Positions 13,985 through 26,700 are shown, numbered from the stretch's first letter. The stretch: DNA of 64,000 nucleotides from Carcharhinus amblyrhynchos (GCA_965287045.1 OZ336875.1:85560001-85624000); one strand, 5' to 3'. Made by a program: numbers and translations. The notes: a model not told the origin generated them from the sequence alone.

Positions 13985-14077
13985 CTGAGGTAGCACTGCT
14001 GGTCCTTGGCCTGCCAACCTCTGCAATGAGCTGACCTGGGGGACCTTAATGGGCACTGCAGTAATAGTTCCCAGCAT
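13985..14077 (-). CDS. PHF21B: Coding exon of PHF21B immediately upstream of the 1713-2054 exon (31 codons, phase 0-0)
   Basis: Minus-strand ttgtatAG|ATGCTG...CCTCAG|GTaatg, 93 nt. Translates [31 protein letters not shown] (human as recalled: [31 protein letters not shown]) and joins in frame to VRPK. Too short for the ORF track. Confidence 0.92.
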
Positions 14078-16176
14078 CTATACAAGGAAAAAGAATGACA
14101 ATGTAATTAAATGTGTTGGTCAGTGATAGTTTGTAAATTACCTTTCACAATTGAAATTATAATTTCTGCAAAAATTTGAAATTTCTAACCTGACAAGAAC
14201 AATACTCCAACAATTTAACCATTAATGATCTTGTTTGAAAAAGGAATCTTTTCCTCAGGGCAAAATAAAGTGAAAGACAAAAAAAATTAAAGCCTGTGCA
14301 CACAAAAACAGAATATTTAATTCCATGTGTGAGCTCTGCAGCTGAAAGGTTATATGCACTTCAAAATAATTTAATAATTCCCATCAGCATCTCCTTTGAC
14401 TTGAGCTCCAAAGCTGTACGGTTCAAATGGCAACATTAGATATGGCGGAGCAGTTAAATGCTTCCTTGACTCCTCAAATACACAACTGCATCTTACAATA
14501 AGAGTGGGTAAAGCAGGTTAAAGTAGATATGGTGAAAGCTTGACTGTGAATCTTCCACTGCCCACAGAGATCATGAAAGTAACACTACCTTGAGTGGTTT
14601 GGGGAATTCCTGAGTGAGCAGTAAAGTTGTCCTCTAACTTCACTTTTCCTCCTCTCTTGTCCTCTAAGAGAGGAGGAAAAGAGACTGTGTAGGCGGTCAT
14701 GGAGGACAATATTGTAAAAGAGTTGCACTGAAGAAAATTCCGGGCTAAGGAAAAGTTAGAAGAAAGTTAAAGAAGCCCACAGTTAAAAGTTAAAACTGCC
14801 ATAAGAAAGGAATAGGTGGCACATTGTGTTCTAAGGTAAAAGGAAACTTGCTTTGTTCTCAGTTTCTGTGTTCAAGTAAGAGGAAGCTTCCTAATCTATG
14901 AATGAAAAACTGCCAAAAAGTTGTGTGTGATATTAATTTTCAGTTGAGGTCAGCTGATGTTCTGTTATATTCATTATAGTTAATGGCATAGGCTACTTAA
15001 GTTTGTAATTTGTTAGTCCTACGCACATTGCCTTTGGGTGTGCATGGAAGTGTGAGGGTTGTCCAAAGCGTTCATTTCAAATTTAAGATTGTGAACTCAA
15101 GAGTTGATGAAAATTCTGAATTACATTTTAGAACATAGAACATTACAGCGCAGTACAGGCCCTTTGGCCCTCGTTGTTGCACCGACCAGTGGAACAAATC
15201 TTATGACCCTCTAACCTAAACTAATCCAATGTTATCCATATGCCTATCCACTGACCATTTGAACGCCCTTAAAGTTGGCAAGTCCACAACTGCTGCAGGC
15301 AGGGCATTCCACGCTCTTACTACCCTGAGTAAAAAACCTACCTCTGACATCCGTCCTATAATTACCAACCCAACCCTCAATTTAAAGCCATGTCCCCTTG
15401 TGTTAGCCATCATCGGAGGAAAAAAGATCTCACTGTCTATTCTATTTAACCCTCTGATCATCTTGTATGCCTCAATTAGGTCACCTCTTAACCTTCTCTC
15501 TAACAAAAATAACCTCAAGTCCCTCAGCCTTTCCTCATAAGACCTTCCCACCATACCAGGCAACATCCTGGTAAACCTCCTCTGCACCCTTTCCAATGCT
15601 TTCACATCTTTCTCATAATGCAGCGACCAGAACTGTACGCAATACTCCAAGTGCAGCCGCACCAGAGTTTTGTACAGTTGCAACATGATCTCACAGCTCT
15701 GAAATTCAATCCCTCTACCAATAAAAGCTAACACACCGTACACCTTCTTAACAACCTTATCATCCTGGGTGCCAACTTCCAGGGATCTATGCACATGCAC
15801 ACCGAGATCTCTCTGCTCGTCGACACTCCCAAGAGTCCTTCCATTAGCCCTATATTCTGTACTCCTGTTACTCTTACCAAAGTGAATCACCTCACACTTT
15901 TCCACATTAAACTCCATTTGCCACTCGCAGCCCAGCTCTGCAGCTTATCTATGTCCCTCTGCAAACTGTAACATCCATCCTCACCGTCTACAACTCCTCC
16001 GACTTGGGTGTCATCAGCAAATTTACTAACCCATCCTTCTACACCCTCATCTAGGTCATTTATAAAAATGACAAACAGCAGTGGCCCCAAAACAGATCCC
16101 TGAGGCACACCACTTGTAACTGAACTCCAGGTTGAATATTTCCCATCAACTACCCCCCTCTGTCTTCTATCAGCTA

Positions 16177-16656
16177 ACACCAGGTTTTAGTCCAACCTAT
16201 TTATTTGATAATATACTCACAAGCTTTCGGGTTAGCCCCTTCGTCAGGTGAATGGAGAGTTCTGGCCTCAGACAGAGCATATAAAGCACAGACAGTTTAG
16301 AGATTACTGATTGGAATGCGAATCCTTACACCTAACCTGCTGTTCAAGACCTGAAGTGGCTGATAATGTGAGCGGAAGGAGCACTGATCACAGTTTAAAG
16401 AGATGTGTATTGTCTCCAGACAGTACAGTAAGTGAGGTTTTGCAAACCCAGGCAAGTCACGGGGGTTACAGATAGTGCGACATGAACCCAAGATCCCTGT
16501 TGAGACCGTCCTCATGTGTGCGGAACTTGGCTATCAGTTCGGGCTAACCCGAAAGCTTGTGAGTATATTATCAAATAAATAGGTTGGACTAAAACCTGGT
16601 GGTCAGACTTTTTACTGTGTTTACGCCAGTCCAACGCCGGCATACCCACATCATGA
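16177..16656. mobile_element. Short Penelope-like insertion: inverted pLTR (16177-16540, minus) plus tailed pLTR end (16541-16656, plus), 13-bp TSD
   Basis: TSD cttctatcagcta at 16164-16176 and 16657-16669. Perfect 61-bp inverted repeat 16178-16238 / 16541-16601. Homologous to the pLTRs of the 31893-35212 element. Confidence 0.92.
16216..16252 (-). ncRNA. Minimal type I hammerhead ribozyme motif with intact core, in a Penelope pLTR
   Basis: Minus strand UUCAC-CUGACGA-A-GGG-GCUAA-CCC-GAA-AGCU-U-GUGAG: stem I UUCAC/GUGAG, core CUGANGA and GAAA, stem II GGG/CCC, palindromic stem III AGCU, NUH = CUU. Confidence 0.75.
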
Positions 16657-16989
16657 CTTCTATCAGCTAGCCATTCCTGATTCTGATTTTAGGTCAGAGA
16701 GCAAGTTGTGACTGTTTGAGTGCTTAAACTGTGGAAGCTCCCTCCTCTAACTCTTTTTACTGGAACACTGAAGTTTTCCTTTAACTTGAAACTGAACCTA
16801 TTCTGTTTTATTCAGATTTTTGAATAATTCACATAAGCACATCAAGGGAAAGAAAAAGGAATTTATTTTTTCTAAGTGTAAGTATAAATGAATGTTTCTA
16901 TATCTCTGGCAAAGGACTCAGCTTTTTATTAAGGTGTACAGTATTGTGTTTAGTTGAAAATTTTAATCTCAATTAAATTGGAACTGAGG

Positions 16990-17092
16990 ATAAATATGTG
17001 GGGTTGCAGGAATAGGGCCTGGATGGGATTGTGGTTGGTGCAGACCCAATGCACCCAACAGTCTCCTTCTGCCCTGTAGAGATTCTATGATG
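16990..17092 (+). mobile_element. HE1-like SINE, 3' tail
   Basis: taaatatgtggggttgcaggaatagggcctggatggg...ctgtagagattctatga. Confidence 0.65.
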
Positions 17093-19394
17093 TTATTTAT
17101 TTATTCTTTTTGAGGGCATCGCTGGGAAGGCCAACATTTGTTGCCCAGGCCAAATTGCTTGAGACGGTGAGCCACCTTCTTGAACTCCGACAGTCCATCT
17201 GGTGCAAGCACACTTATATTGTGAAAAACCGACTTTCACTGAAGCCACAATGAAATTCTGATTACACTAAATTACAAGAGAATTTCTACTTCCAGAGAGG
17301 GCCATACAAGTAATTGGGATTTTTGAATTTCTGATGAATTTCATGATTATCTTGAGAAAAGAAGATTTCTGCTGTGATGATAACAATCTGCTGACATCTT
17401 ACTAGTTGGATTGTAACACAAATTGATTCAGTGTTTCAGTTTTAAGCTTACTTTGAAGCTGCAAGCACCTGACTGACTGAAATCAAAGTTAGTCTCCTTT
17501 TGAAATGCAGAGAACTTCACAAGCATCCATACGTTTTGTTATGCTTGACACTATCACACTAGTTCAGTTTTTAACTCAAAACAATAACTTCCATATAGAA
17601 AATTTATTTGAAGATTAATGGCATTGTTTGGCATTATCTTTGGATCCATAGCATGAATTTAGTAAATTAAATGGAAATTGATTTGGAGGTTAAGTTTGTA
17701 CATACATAATTTTCATGGCTTTGATGCTTATGATCAGATACAAATATGCATACATCTGGAAGTTGCATCTGATTGTTCTAATCAAATTCTTAATTGTGGA
17801 GAGTAGCAGTTTACAATTGTATCAACATAAAGTTACAACAAGTGGCATCCTGAGAATCTGAGTTTGCAGGAATTCTACTTTGATCGAAATCAAGTTGTTA
17901 TTTCGAAGAGGAAGACGCGGGGCAGATTTTTTTCAATAGCTTCCAGGTTTGAAATCAGTGATTATTGTGGACATTAACCATCTTACAGCTTAAATGGATT
18001 AACGTTCTCATACAGTTGGATCAGATCAGACATGAGCGGTTGATAGTCATTAATCATCTGAAGCCCGATAGCTACTGTTATGAAGAACACAATGGGTGGA
18101 ATTTTGTTTTCCTTAAGTGCTGGTGCAGGCAAGGTCGTGCCAGTGAGAATCTCACTTTTGGCCTCTCGTGGGGTTTTGCACCCATATCCCCATTTGCATG
18201 GGCACAAGATCCCAGCCAATGCTGCGCCCAGTTGTTGTTTCAACCCAGATGATTTTGCACCCCCATTTGCCACAAGGGTAAACAGCAACACAGGCGCAAA
18301 ATCCCACAAGAATTGGGAAACGAATTTTCCCTGCCCCTTGTTGGTGATGTAATGATGAGATTCCCATGCACAAAAGGGCAGTAACCTAACCTAAATCAAT
18401 TTTATTACTAAAGGACCATCCCGCCATAATTCCCACCCCCAATTAAATATTCAAACCATGCTGATGTGGCATCACATTTCCAAGGTTTGCAACAGTTCAA
18501 GAGGAACAGGATTCAGTTAAAGGGGATCCTACCAGAGCGCCAGGTAATGCTTCCCTCCCCCCAGGGGGTCATAACCCCAGCGACTGCTGAGTCCTCTGGG
18601 GAACCCCATTCAGTGGAGTGAGGGGTTTAGAAATTGCCCACGAAGCACAGTGAGACACTTGTTTGTGTGTAGGCAGAGGGATAGAGTGCCTGCAATACAG
18701 TTGCGGGGGTAGTTGTGTGTGTGGGAGGGTGAGGGGGATAAGAGTCCCCAATACCTTTGTGGGGGGGGGGGGGGTTGACCCAAAGCTTATGGAGTTGGTG
18801 GGGTTCAACTTCAATGCTGATTTGGCACTGCAGTCTTGGTGGAGCCAGCTGATCGAGTAAACCACCACCCAACTTTTCTTTGTCAAATCCAAAAACTCCG
18901 CTGTGCATCTGGAGATACACATGCCACTTTTCAGTCAGAGCCTGGCCTGACAAATCACATAAAATTTCCACCCATGGCGTTGGTGTTATCAATTTATTAT
19001 GGACGGTGTGGTCAAAAACAAAGTCTGCAATGTTGTTGTGCGGGCTGAGCTGACTGTACAAGTGTCACCTGGATAGCTCCTGGTGGAAAGAACAGGTAGA
19101 AGTAGGGGAGTGTTTATTCATGCTACCCATGCATCTTGATGTACATTACTTTTTGTAGAATCAGCACACAATGAGTTAAAACAGCCATCATTTCTGCTGA
19201 ACAGGATGCTTTGTTAAAGGAAGTTTGTTAAAGGATGAGGTGCTGAAAAAGTAGGAAAGTCACTGATGCTAGCCTTCAGTGTCTGAGAACTGTTTATAGT
19301 AATAAGATTCTTGCATGGATTTGTAACCATATAATGGAATCATTGGGAGACATTGATAAATAGGAGTGTCTCTCCTTCACTCAATGCTATCTCA

Positions 19395-20660
19395 GCTTAC
19401 AGAATCGATTTGGCATAGAAGGCCATTTGGCCCATTGTGTTTGCACATGCTTTTCAAATGAGCAACTCAGCTAGTTTCATTCTCCTGTCTTCTTTTCATG
19501 ATCCTACAAATTCTGTTTTCAAATAACTAATTCTATTTACCTGCATCCATACCATTTTTAGGTGCTGCATTCCAGACCCTAATCACTTACTGCGTGAAAA
19601 AAAAATTTCACACTGCTATTGTCTCTTTCACAACTGACTTTAAATATGTGTCCTCTCAATCTTGGTCCTTTCACAAATTGGAACAGTTTTTCCCAATCTA
19701 TTTTGTCCAGGCCCCTTACAGTTTTGAGCAACTCTACCAAATCTCTTCTCAACTTTTTTTTCTCTAAGGAAAACAGTCCTTTCTTCGATCTATTGTCATA
19801 ATTGAAGTTGCTCATCACAAGAGCCATTCTTGTGAATCTTTTCTGCACTCGCTCCAACAATTTCACATTCTTCCTCAAGTGTGGCATTCAGAATTAAATA
19901 GGACTGCAGCCAAGGCTTAATCAGCAACTTACACAAGTTCAACGTAACTTTCTTGCTCTTATACTCTATGCTCTTTTGAATGGCTCAATTGCTATATGCT
20001 TTATTAACTGCAGTCTCTACTTTAACTGCCATCCTCAATGATCTTTGCACACGTGGCAAGTTCCTTCTGTTCCTGCACCCCCTTGAATTGTAACCCTTAT
20101 TTTATACTTTGTCCATGTTCTTCGACGAAAATTAATTATTTCACATTTGCCTACATTGAATTTCATCTGCCCTCTGTCTGTCCATTCCAACAACTTGTCT
20201 ATGTCCTTTTTTACATTCTACACTGTCATCCTCATAGTTTATAATGCTTCTGAGTTTTGTAACATCTGCAAAATTTGGAATTGCATCATAATCTAGGTTA
20301 TTAGTATACAGCAAAGATTCCAACACTCATCAGCTCCTCTACAAGCTTTCTTCCAGCACAAAAAATATCCATTATCCCCTATCGTTTCCTGCCATACAGC
20401 CATTTTCATATCCAAGCTGATACTTTTATTTCATGAGCTACAACCTTGCTCACAAGTCTGTTGTGTGGCTTTGTATCGAACGCCTTTAGAAAGTCCATGT
20501 ACACCACATCAACATCATTACTCTCCAACTCTATTATCTCTTCAAAAAGTCTAGTAGATAGTTAAATATGATTTTTCTTTAAGAAATCCATGCTGGCTTT
20601 CCTTAATTAGTTTGCATCTGTCCATGTGACTATTAACTTTGTGCCAAATTATTGGTTCCA
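19395..20660 (-). mobile_element. Old CR1 LINE 3' part
   Basis: ORF 19579-19887 (LERVQKRFTRM, GLFSLEKKKLRRDLVE) and NFADVTKL remnant at about 20250-20280. Confidence 0.8.
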
Positions 20661-21239
20661 TCTATAATGTGTATTAATGTACTGGACATTAGTATTAGTA
20701 TGCGTGGAATGTAGGGACCAAGAGTCAGAACTGGCCTAAGTGTTTACAACAAGTCAGACTGGAAAGGTGAAGCTTAGTACCTGAGGGCTGCAAGTTATGA
20801 ACTTAATACGAAAGGATCATGTAAATTGAATAGTGCTGTACAATTTGATTAAGCACACAAGGGACTGTATAGCATGAATATGTTAAAGGCAAAGAGCGAT
20901 TCTGCAACTGTTCTGAGGTTATATAAGAAACAGAAAATAGAAGAAATTAATCCAATACCAATATCATTTCTAGATGGCAAAGGTCGCAGGTTTCAGAGGT
21001 GCTGTTGAAGGAGAGCTGGCCATTTGCTGCTGTACATTTTATAAATAGCATACACTCTCGCCAAAGTGTGCCAGCAGTGGAGGGAGTGAATGGATGTGGC
21101 GTCAATCAAAGCAGGCTATATTGTCCTGGATGATGTTGAGCTTCTTGTCCGTTGTTGGAGCTGCACTCATCCAGGTAAGTACTCCTAACTTGAGTTACAT
21201 AGACAGTGGATAGTCTTTGGGGAGTCAAAGTGAACAGGT

Positions 21240-22060
21240 TTTAATATGATGATTATGAAAATATTGGGGGAAAAAACCAAAATGGAAAGTCTGCTATGGA
21301 GCTGAAGGCCGACTGCATGAGACATTCAAAGACAAAATGGATGATGGTGCAAGGTAAAGGGAAACAGCAATGGGACAAGAAAGGAGACAAATGAAAGGCC
21401 TACAATAAGTTAATAATGATAGTAGCAGACTCAACAACTGACACCTGAAAATCAAGGACACGATTATAATCTGAAATGATCTGAACTTAATACTAAGTTT
21501 GGAAAGCAGTAAATGCGCGACAGAATTTTGAGTTGTTGAGCCTCAAGCCCACATCAAGTTTCACTGGAACACTGTAGGAACCTGGGAACAAACATATCAA
21601 AGTGGGAATGCGGCAGAGAATTATAATAGCAGACCACTAGAAGTTCGAGATCATGCTTGCTGAACTAAATCCAACACAGGCTTTCGAATACTATACCAAA
21701 TTGGAAGCAGTACAAATAAATCATAGTTGCACTTAGCATTTAAGGTCTTGGACAATGGGTAAAGAGAACGTAAAAGGCACGTGTTGCTAAGGAATTGATC
21801 AGTATGTTGTGGAGGAACATTCCTCTCAAAATGCTAAAACGGGGACCTGAGGGGAAGATGTGTTTGATGGTGGCAACTTGTTGGAGCTGGCAGCATTGGT
21901 GGAGCATAATCTGATGAATATGGAAAATGGTGCAGCAGAAAGTGAGAAGGCAAAATCTGAGAAAGGAAGGGGTGAGTAGAAATGCAAGAAGTGGAAAGGA
22001 CATAGTTAAACACCTGGTGGAGGGCAATCTTTGGTTGGGAAAAATGGAAGGCATAGCAAA
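21240..22060 (-). mobile_element. Very old Penelope-like fragment (second family)
   Basis: Resemblance from memory to a shark Penelope family. Termini I assign to the same family lie at 10600-10665 (+) and 51720-51852 (-). No intact protein motif. Confidence 0.35.
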
Positions 22061-22156
22061 TGAAATGCTAAGCCCAACTGTTTTTCAGTGGTCCCAAAAT
22101 AGATTTTTCACACACCAGCTGCCAGTTAAAGGTCTTTATATACCATACTATTAGCA

Positions 22157-22330
22157 TCAGCTGTGGCTCAGTTGGTAGCAATCGCACCTCTGAGTCACAA
22201 AGTTCCATGGTTCAAGTCGCACACCAGAACTTGAGCACAAAGTCAAGTCTCACATTCCAGTGCAGTATGAAGTGGTACAATCTCACAGTAATCTGTCAAC
22301 GTTGACCCCTCAAGTGATCCATCCACCAGA
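22157..22330 (+). mobile_element. SacSINE1-like (Deu-domain) SINE, tRNA-derived head
   Basis: A box tggctcagttgg and B box ggttcaagtcgc, followed by acttgagcaca...tccagtgcagta typical of this family. Confidence 0.7.
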
Positions 22331-23419
22331 ACTGGTAGCCGAAGGTGCAAATAACCAAATGATATCAGAGCTAGCACCAAAACTGAAAGGAAATAGGCTC
22401 AACTCTTTAATTTGGGGAATACTGGCCTTCTTACCACATCAGGGTTACTGCAATTGAACTGACAGCAACAATTAAGCAAAAGCTTTCCTCAATCCAAAAT
22501 CCAGGATTCCCCAAAACTTCAGGAATCGGGGCTACACAAAATTATTGCTCTAAAGGCAAAATATCGTGGATGAAATCGTTAATAAGAACCAGTCACCCAT
22601 CTACGGCTCAGCACTCAAAAAAGTTACCTTCCCATTCCACATTCTTCTTCTTTAATTAGAATAGATAGCAAAAGGCTACAGGTTTACACAAAGCCAGAAA
22701 CTTAAACCAATGTACCTCAACAAACTGGTGGTTCTGTACATTTAATATATATATATATATTACAAAATGCCATGCATGGGAACAAAAGAAAATTTGTGTC
22801 AATTTATGATGACTAGTTATTTTCTCCCTTAGCACAGTATAAAAATATTCCACAGTGTAAGTAGTACAAAAGTTATTATGTGCTAGAAAATGTTGCTAAG
22901 CAACAGCTCAGCAAATTTAACTCAATTCCTGAATTATTGTTTTCTAAATAATTGCAGGCTTTCAGAATTACACTTATTTTGGGCTTTTCAGTGCACAGGC
23001 TAACCTTGAGTGAGCACTTTTCTCAAATCTAAGGATGTTTGAATGCAACCAACAGATCTCAATTTTTCATCTGACCTTGGCGATGACCTAGCTTATAAGC
23101 ATTTGAATCTGCTATATTGATTGATCCAAATGTGAAAAATCAAGCTCCCATCGTATCTGCAGGATTTGAGTAATTATCACTGCATCTCAAGTGCAACATT
23201 TTTAAAATTAAATTTATATCAAGATTGGGAAAGATACATGATTTAGTAGTGGAATTATTCCAGACTCCCCCAGTATCACTGCTGGAGCTTATTGTAAAAA
23301 AGAAAACGGTTTTCAAAAAAAATTACACAATTCAAGGTGGATTTGTTAGCAGACCTCACCCTCGGAAGTTTGTAACAGAAGCTTTGGCCGTGGCATATCA
23401 CAGTTGTTCAAAAGGAAGG

Positions 23420-24060
23420 AGGAAGATAAATTAGGTATCTATAAATCAAACTGCAATGCATGTTAATAATGTGCTAATCAAAGACATCCCACACAAATTT
23501 GTTAAGACATATGTTTGATAAGTTTATTGAAGGCTGATTGGATAGATGAAGAGAATGCAATAGATACATGGATTTTCAAAAAGAATACAGTAAGATGCCT
23601 CAGAAAAGGCTTATTAAAGAAATGTCATATAGTGCAACAGGAAGTTCAGCAGCCTTGACTGAAAATTCATGCAAAATGGACGTTCTGACTCGAGAATGGT
23701 CGAAAGTGGTGCATCCCAGGAATCATTAGATATACTTTTTCCAGTATGATTTAGACTGGGATATAAGGTTTGAAAACAGTCACAAAATTTGGGATTGAAA
23801 ATGAGATTTGACAAAGCGAGGAATATCAAAGGTTTCAGGAAGGCAAATATATTAGCAGAATGTGTTGGCAAGTGACACATGCAATTTAACGTTGCTAAGT
23901 GTGAAGCAATAAATGCATTATGAGTGGAAGTTAAATAAAGGTGTGGACAAGTATACCTAATGGAAATGTACTGGAGGATTTGAATTAACACAGGGAAACA
24001 GGTATTCAAACATCTAATTCCATGAAAAAGCGAGCAAATGTAGATAAAGCCCTAAAAAGA
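23420..24060 (+). mobile_element. Very old CR1 RT remnant
   Basis: MDFQKE/D, SGASQESL (degenerate GVPQGS) and MQFNVAKCE remnants. Confidence 0.55.
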
Positions 24061-24069
24061 AACTTGATT

Positions 24070-24215
24070 TAGCCAGCAGCTTTTACAACCTCAGACCTCT
24101 CCAAACTGCACTGGAGCCAATAAATTACTTACGTTACTAAATGTAGGAAATTCAGCAATCCGTGCACAGCAAATTCCACAAACAACAATGTACTATATGA
24201 CCAAGTCATCTGCTT
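24070..24215 (-). mobile_element. Deu-SINE (SacSINE1/AmnSINE-like) 3' part
   Basis: Reverse complement reads cagatgacttggtcat...acattgttgtttgtggaatttgctgtgcac...tttcctacattt, the L2-derived tail region of Deu-SINEs. Confidence 0.6.
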
Positions 24216-24239
24216 GAGGTTATGCTCCAGTCAAATCTC

Positions 24240-25960
24240 TGTCGAGGGGGTTTCTCGTCAATGGTGACCGCCGGGATGTTGCTAGTGGAGGATGACAACA
24301 CACTGAATGTCAAGGGGTGAAGACTGGATTCTCTTTTGTTGGATATGGCCATTGCCTGGCTCTGTGATTCAATTGTCAAAGTCTAGCTACATATGGGCAT
24401 TGACTGCTTCAGCACCCAAGTTATTGTGATGGCACAATAATCAGAACCAATAAGCAAACAGCCCCACTTCTGATTTGATGATGGAGGGAAGGTAATTGAT
24501 GAACCAACTAAAGATGACTGACTGAAGATGCTATCCTGAAGAATTCCTGAAGCAATGCTCTAGGACCAAGATGACTGACCTACAACAACCACAACTATAT
24601 TCCTTTGTGATAGTGTTAGGAACAAGATCAGAAACTCCAAAGTATATTATGAAATTAGCCTACACACAAACTTTTATTTTCAATTTTAGCATTAGTGTGA
24701 AAATAAAGTTTTGCACCAGATATAATTCAAGTGACCCACTAGGAAGTATTTATTGAAATAAACTTTATTTACTAACACAGTTAGAATATAACCAAAAGAT
24801 TTAGCATAACTTTTACCAATTAAAATACTTAAACATGTCAAAATGTAATTCTTAACAGTTAGCAATCTCCATAGTTCCAATTCTAAGTTGCATGCCCCAT
24901 AGACATAGATCCCTTTTTCAGAACCAGTTAGCACCAAAAACCGATCCAGTCACCTGACCTTACTTGTCAATCAACCTAATCAGACCCTACTCTGCAACAC
25001 CCGCCCGCCACCAACGAAAGCTCCAAAATACAGTTTTTGTTCAGATTAAAAGAAACATTCTAGCAAAGCAGGGCAATTGTGCTGCTGCACAATTGGGCCA
25101 TCAGATATGGACCTAGCGGTACCAGTTAGAACAGACAGTTTAAAAAAAAAACCTGCACAAGACATGTGACTAAAATACATTCCTTAAAGGCACAGTATTG
25201 TCACACAATGTATGATTTCAACCGGTGGCAGGCTCTCCCCTTGCTTCCCATTAACATCACTTCTGGTAAAGCTCTTTGATGCCTCACTCAGTCAAATGTT
25301 GCCTTGATGCCTAGGGCAGCTATTCTCACTTTATCCTGTGTTCAGCTCTTCGTCCATGTTTTTACAGGGCTGTATTGAGGTCAGGAGCTGCTGAGCCCTG
25401 ACAATTTATGCTAAGTGCTGCTTGATAACACTACCGATGCCACCTTTGCTGTTGATAGCGAGTAGACCGATGGGGCAGCAACTGGCTGCATTGTATTTGT
25501 CCTGCTTATTTTAAACATTATATACCTGAATAGCATTCCACATTGCTGTGTAAATGCCAGTGTTGCAGCTGTACTGGAACTGCTTGCCTAAGTGTATAGT
25601 TAGTTCTAGAGCAAAAGCCTTCAGTACTATTACTGGAATGTTATCAGGGTCTATAGCCTTTACAGTATTCAATGCCTTCAGTCATTTCATTATCAGATGG
25701 TGAGAATCAATAACTGAATACTGGCAAATGTGATGCCAGGGTCCTCAGCAAGAGACAGATCATCCACTTCACACTTCTGTAACAGTTATAAATGTTTTGT
25801 ACTAATACAAGGATGTGCTGGTTCCTTTGTGAAGTCTCTTCCTCCAGTTAATTGTCCACCACCATTCATGACTGGGGTGTGGCAGGACTGCAGAACTTAG
25901 GTCTGATCTGCTGGTTGTGGGATTGTGCATCTCTGCCCTTTGCATGCTATCTTCATTGTA
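24240..25960 (-). mobile_element. CR1/L2-group LINE (same family as 1-1490), RT region, split by a solo-LTR-like insertion
   Basis: Reverse complement gives GIPQDSI and FINYLPSII. The host sequence resumes at 25206. Confidence 0.7.
24614..25205. mobile_element. Probable solo LTR
   Basis: TGTTA...TCACA ends, ~590 bp, non-coding, cleanly interrupts a LINE. TSD too decayed to confirm. Confidence 0.5.
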
Positions 25961-26129
25961 GTGCATTCATGCAGTCCAAGTTAACACCTTCGTTTTCTTT
26001 CCCCCACAAAAGAAAATTCATAGTATTTGGAATAGTACATTATTTAATATGTAGTCCGAATGTTTAGTGCAACACACTGCTTTCCATTTTGTAGTTAGTA
26101 CTGAGAGATGAAACAGTAAATGCTGAAAG

Positions 26130-26700
26130 AATGCTTCCCCTCATGGGAGATCTAAGACCAGAAGCCATTGTCTCAGAATAATGGGGCACCGATTTAAGTT
26201 TGAGATGAGGAGCGTAATAAGTCTTTAGAGGCAGAAGTCCCTTCACCAAAATCCCTTTGCTTACAAGGGATTTTGTAGATCCCTTAGCTGTACGCAGAGT
26301 GCTATCAGTTAGCAGTCAACCTCTGGGGCTGTCAGAGGAACTGATACTCCCAGTTAAGTACAAAGTAAAGATTGCTTGATTGGCCCATCAATTGGATCCT
26401 TAATCAGAGAGGATATAGGCCAATCTCAATGGCCTGACTGAAGTCATTATAAGAAGGAATATCTTCTGTCAGAAGGTTGAATGCTTTTGGAATTTCTTGC
26501 CACAGAGAGCTGTGGGGGCAGCGTCATTGGGTATATTTAAGGCAGAGATAAATAGATTCTTGATCAGAAGAGAATCTAAGGTTACGGGGAAAGGGCAGGA
26601 AAGTGGGCATGAGAAATGTTGAAATCGGCCATGATCCTACTGAATGGCAGAGCAGGTTCAAGGAGCTGAATGATCTACTCCTGCTCCTATTTCTTAGGGT
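26130..26700 (+). mobile_element. CR1 3' end interrupted by a ~240-bp insertion (about 26212-26451)
   Basis: gagatgaggag|...|gaaggaatatcttctgtcagaagg rejoins the CR1 EMRRNFFxQR motif. The CR1 3' UTR ends ...ctcctgctcctatttctta. Confidence 0.7.

Larger units (their letters stand above)
15132..16685 (-). mobile_element. 5'-truncated, relatively young CR1 (HER1-like) LINE interrupted by a Penelope insertion
   Basis: ORFs 15887-16180 ([26 protein letters not shown]) and 15216-15917 (LEYCVQFWS, RRLRGDLIE). A (gttcta)n tail at 15130-15145. Possible TSD attttag at 15125-15131 and 16686-16692. Confidence 0.93.

Noticed and set aside
14520-19080. Possible LTR-element remnant and Harbinger-type non-autonomous pieces around the CR1 insertion
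   Set aside because: Repeat-like texture, but no protein motif or terminus I could support, so left unannotated.
22157-22235. tRNA gene
   Set aside because: A and B boxes are present but run into SINE body sequence, with no good cloverleaf. The same applies at 28853 and 50600-50660.
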